NCBI RefSeq assembly: GCF_018977255.1 | Contig: NW_024704771.1 | Coordinates: forward strand, 3,906,001-3,970,000 | Reading direction: 5' to 3' | Length of the DNA: 64,000 nucleotides | Origin: Callorhinchus milii | Lineage: Eukaryota | Part shown: positions 62,301 through 64,000 of the stretch, piece after piece | How positions within the stretch are numbered: position 1 is the first letter of the stretch | How the letters are laid out: every line of letters begins with the position of its first letter | Translations under genes and position numbers: made by a program | Notes under the pieces: generated by a model | What the model was told of the DNA's origin: nothing | The model's database searches: none | Seen by the model: the letters and a program-made list of their open reading frames with translations, nothing else

Positions 62301-64000
62301 CCTCCCCTCACCCTGACCATTTCCCCCCCAATGCTCGGGTCATGACCCAACTGTGCAGCGCCTCGGGACGTCCTCCCGACGTGAAAGGCGCTTTATAAAT
62401 GGAATCTTGTTGTTGTTGTTGTTGTTGTTGTTGCGCGCAGGAGCAGGCCGGCCGTTTGCTGAACCACATCACGGCCGAGTTCTCTCAGATGCGGCAGATC
62501 CTGGACGAGAAAGAGGCGCGTTTGATCCAGGAGCTGAAGGACAGAGAAACGGACGTGCTGAAAGCGACCGGTGAAAGTCTCTGCCTGATCGAGAGCGACT
62601 TGAGAGCCATCGAGCACGAGTTAGAGAGCTGCTGGAAGAGGTTCAACGAACCAAACCCGATGACCTTTCTGAAGGTAGGGAGATGGTTTCGAAAGCGAAG
62701 GATCAAAATAATAATCGTCGCGTTTGACGTAGCACCTTATCACGCTTTCGAGACGTCTCGAAGTGCTGCGCCTGAATAAAGGGGAGTGACTGTGCATTCG
62801 GTGGGCGCACGTAGGGTTTCGCCCACAAATATACGGTCGGTTCGCTTTGCAGCATAGTCCGTGAAGCGCTTCGAGACGTCGAGAAGGATTGCGAGGATTA
62901 TTATTATACACTTGCCGAAGCGTTCCCCCCCGCCTGGGAATCGAACCCACGTCCTCTCGCTTGCGAGCCACGTGCTCCAACCAATGCTCTCCAGGGCACG
63001 GATTATCAGTTTAATATAGTAACGTACTAACCTTCGCCGACAAGAGGTTTGCTCTGCGTGTTAATTCACAAATTTGAAATTGGAATGCATTTACTTGTTC
63101 GTTTCGTTGCAGGGCGAGTCTTCGCGGACCAGCGGGTAAGATTCCTTGTTTTGTCATCAATCTCCGTCCTCTTATTCCGACGGCTGATTTCAAGACACGA
63201 TGGTTTCTGGGTTCTTAATCTCACGTCAACCCCGTTTTGTTATTGCAGAAGAACGGCAAACTACAAATGTCTGTCCCTGGTCCCCAGCGAACTCCCGCTT
63301 GGGCCGTTCACAGGTCCCTTGCAGTATAAAGTGTGGAAGGAAATGTTCAGTCTTATCAGTCCGGGTGAGTGACGGAGGAAGAGGGGGGGTTGCGAAACCG
63401 CCGGATGGAGTGAGGAAGGCAGGGAATAAGTAACTGGGAGTGGGAGGGAACGTATAAGTAGGGGAGGGAGGGTGGGAGTATGTAACCAGTGGGTTGAGGG
63501 AGTTTGTGACCGAGAGCAAAAGAGAGTGAGTGTGTGAGTGCATAATAGAGAAGGAACGAATAAATAGACAAACGAGAGCGAGCGTGCGAAAGAGTACGTG
63601 GGAGAGGGAACGAGGGAGCGAGTGAGTTCGTAAACTCAGGGAGAGAATGAACGGACGAATGAATAAGAGAGAGAGAGCACGGGTTATGAACAGGGATGAG
63701 TGAGTGTGCGAACGGGTGTGTGGGAGAATGAAGGAGCGAGGGAGTGAGAGAGTGAGAGTGAGGATCGATTCAGCGTGCGAGATGCCCGTGAATCCTAACT
63801 TTTAATTCTTCTCGACCTTTTTCCCTCTTGGCTCCGAACACAAAAGTCCCGGCATTCATGACCCTGGATGCCAGAACAGCCCACCCGCATCTCATCGTGT
63901 CCGAGGACCTGATTAGTGTGAGGTATTCCGATGATTTCCAGGTGCTCCCGGATACCCCAGAGAGGTTCGATGAGTGTGTCAGTGTCCTGGGATCTCAGGG
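59331..64000 (+). CDS. TRIM E3 ligase, RING-Bbox2-coiled coil-PRY/SPRY (TRIM39/TRIM69/XNF7-like); continues beyond the right edge
   Basis: Exons 59331-59738 (C3HC4 RING CPVC...CGHSLC...CPKC; B-box CPLH...[13 protein letters not shown]...H..H), 60853-60948 (96 nt), 62441-62674 (234 nt), 63113-63135 (23 nt), 63249-63364 and 63847-end ([16 protein letters not shown]...PDTPERFD). The 96/234/23-nt series is typical of class IV TRIMs. Confidence 0.93.
60950..61735 (-). mobile_element. L2 LINE fragments in TRIM intron 2
   Basis: Minus-strand [21 protein letters not shown] (YADD decayed) at about 61650-61730, plus 3' ORF2 and tail motifs. Confidence 0.75.
62142..62328 (+). repeat. Tandem repeat, 46 bp x 4 (pyrimidine-rich)
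   Basis: CTGACC recurs at 62175, 62221, 62267 and 62313. Confidence 0.9.

Overview
Vertebrate genomic DNA, exon-intron structured and rich in repeats (tRNA-derived SINEs with L2-type tails, L2 and CR1 LINE fragments, Deu-type SINEs, microsatellites), with five N gaps. The repeat content suggests a cartilaginous fish, possibly a holocephalan (inference). Seven genes were reconstructed by reading splice sites and frames by hand. In order: a CYP2-family P450 (-, exons 1-3, runs off the left edge); GPANK1 (-, 5' end lost in a gap); VPS52 (+, 18 exons, two U12-type introns including one AT-AC); a butyrophilin-like gene (-); a second butyrophilin-like gene (+); a short myomegalin/PDE4DIP-family gene of the SMYLE type (+); and a RING-Bbox-CC-PRY/SPRY TRIM (+, runs off the right edge). 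The gene set looks like an MHC-linked region. The most striking points are the same-strand interleaving of butyrophilin and myomegalin-like exons (real or a repeat-induced assembly swap), a candidate MHC-linked third PDE4DIP/CDK5RAP2 paralogue, and GPANK1 and VPS52 meeting head-to-head across a 25-N gap. Homology calls rest on recalled protein sequences, not database searches.
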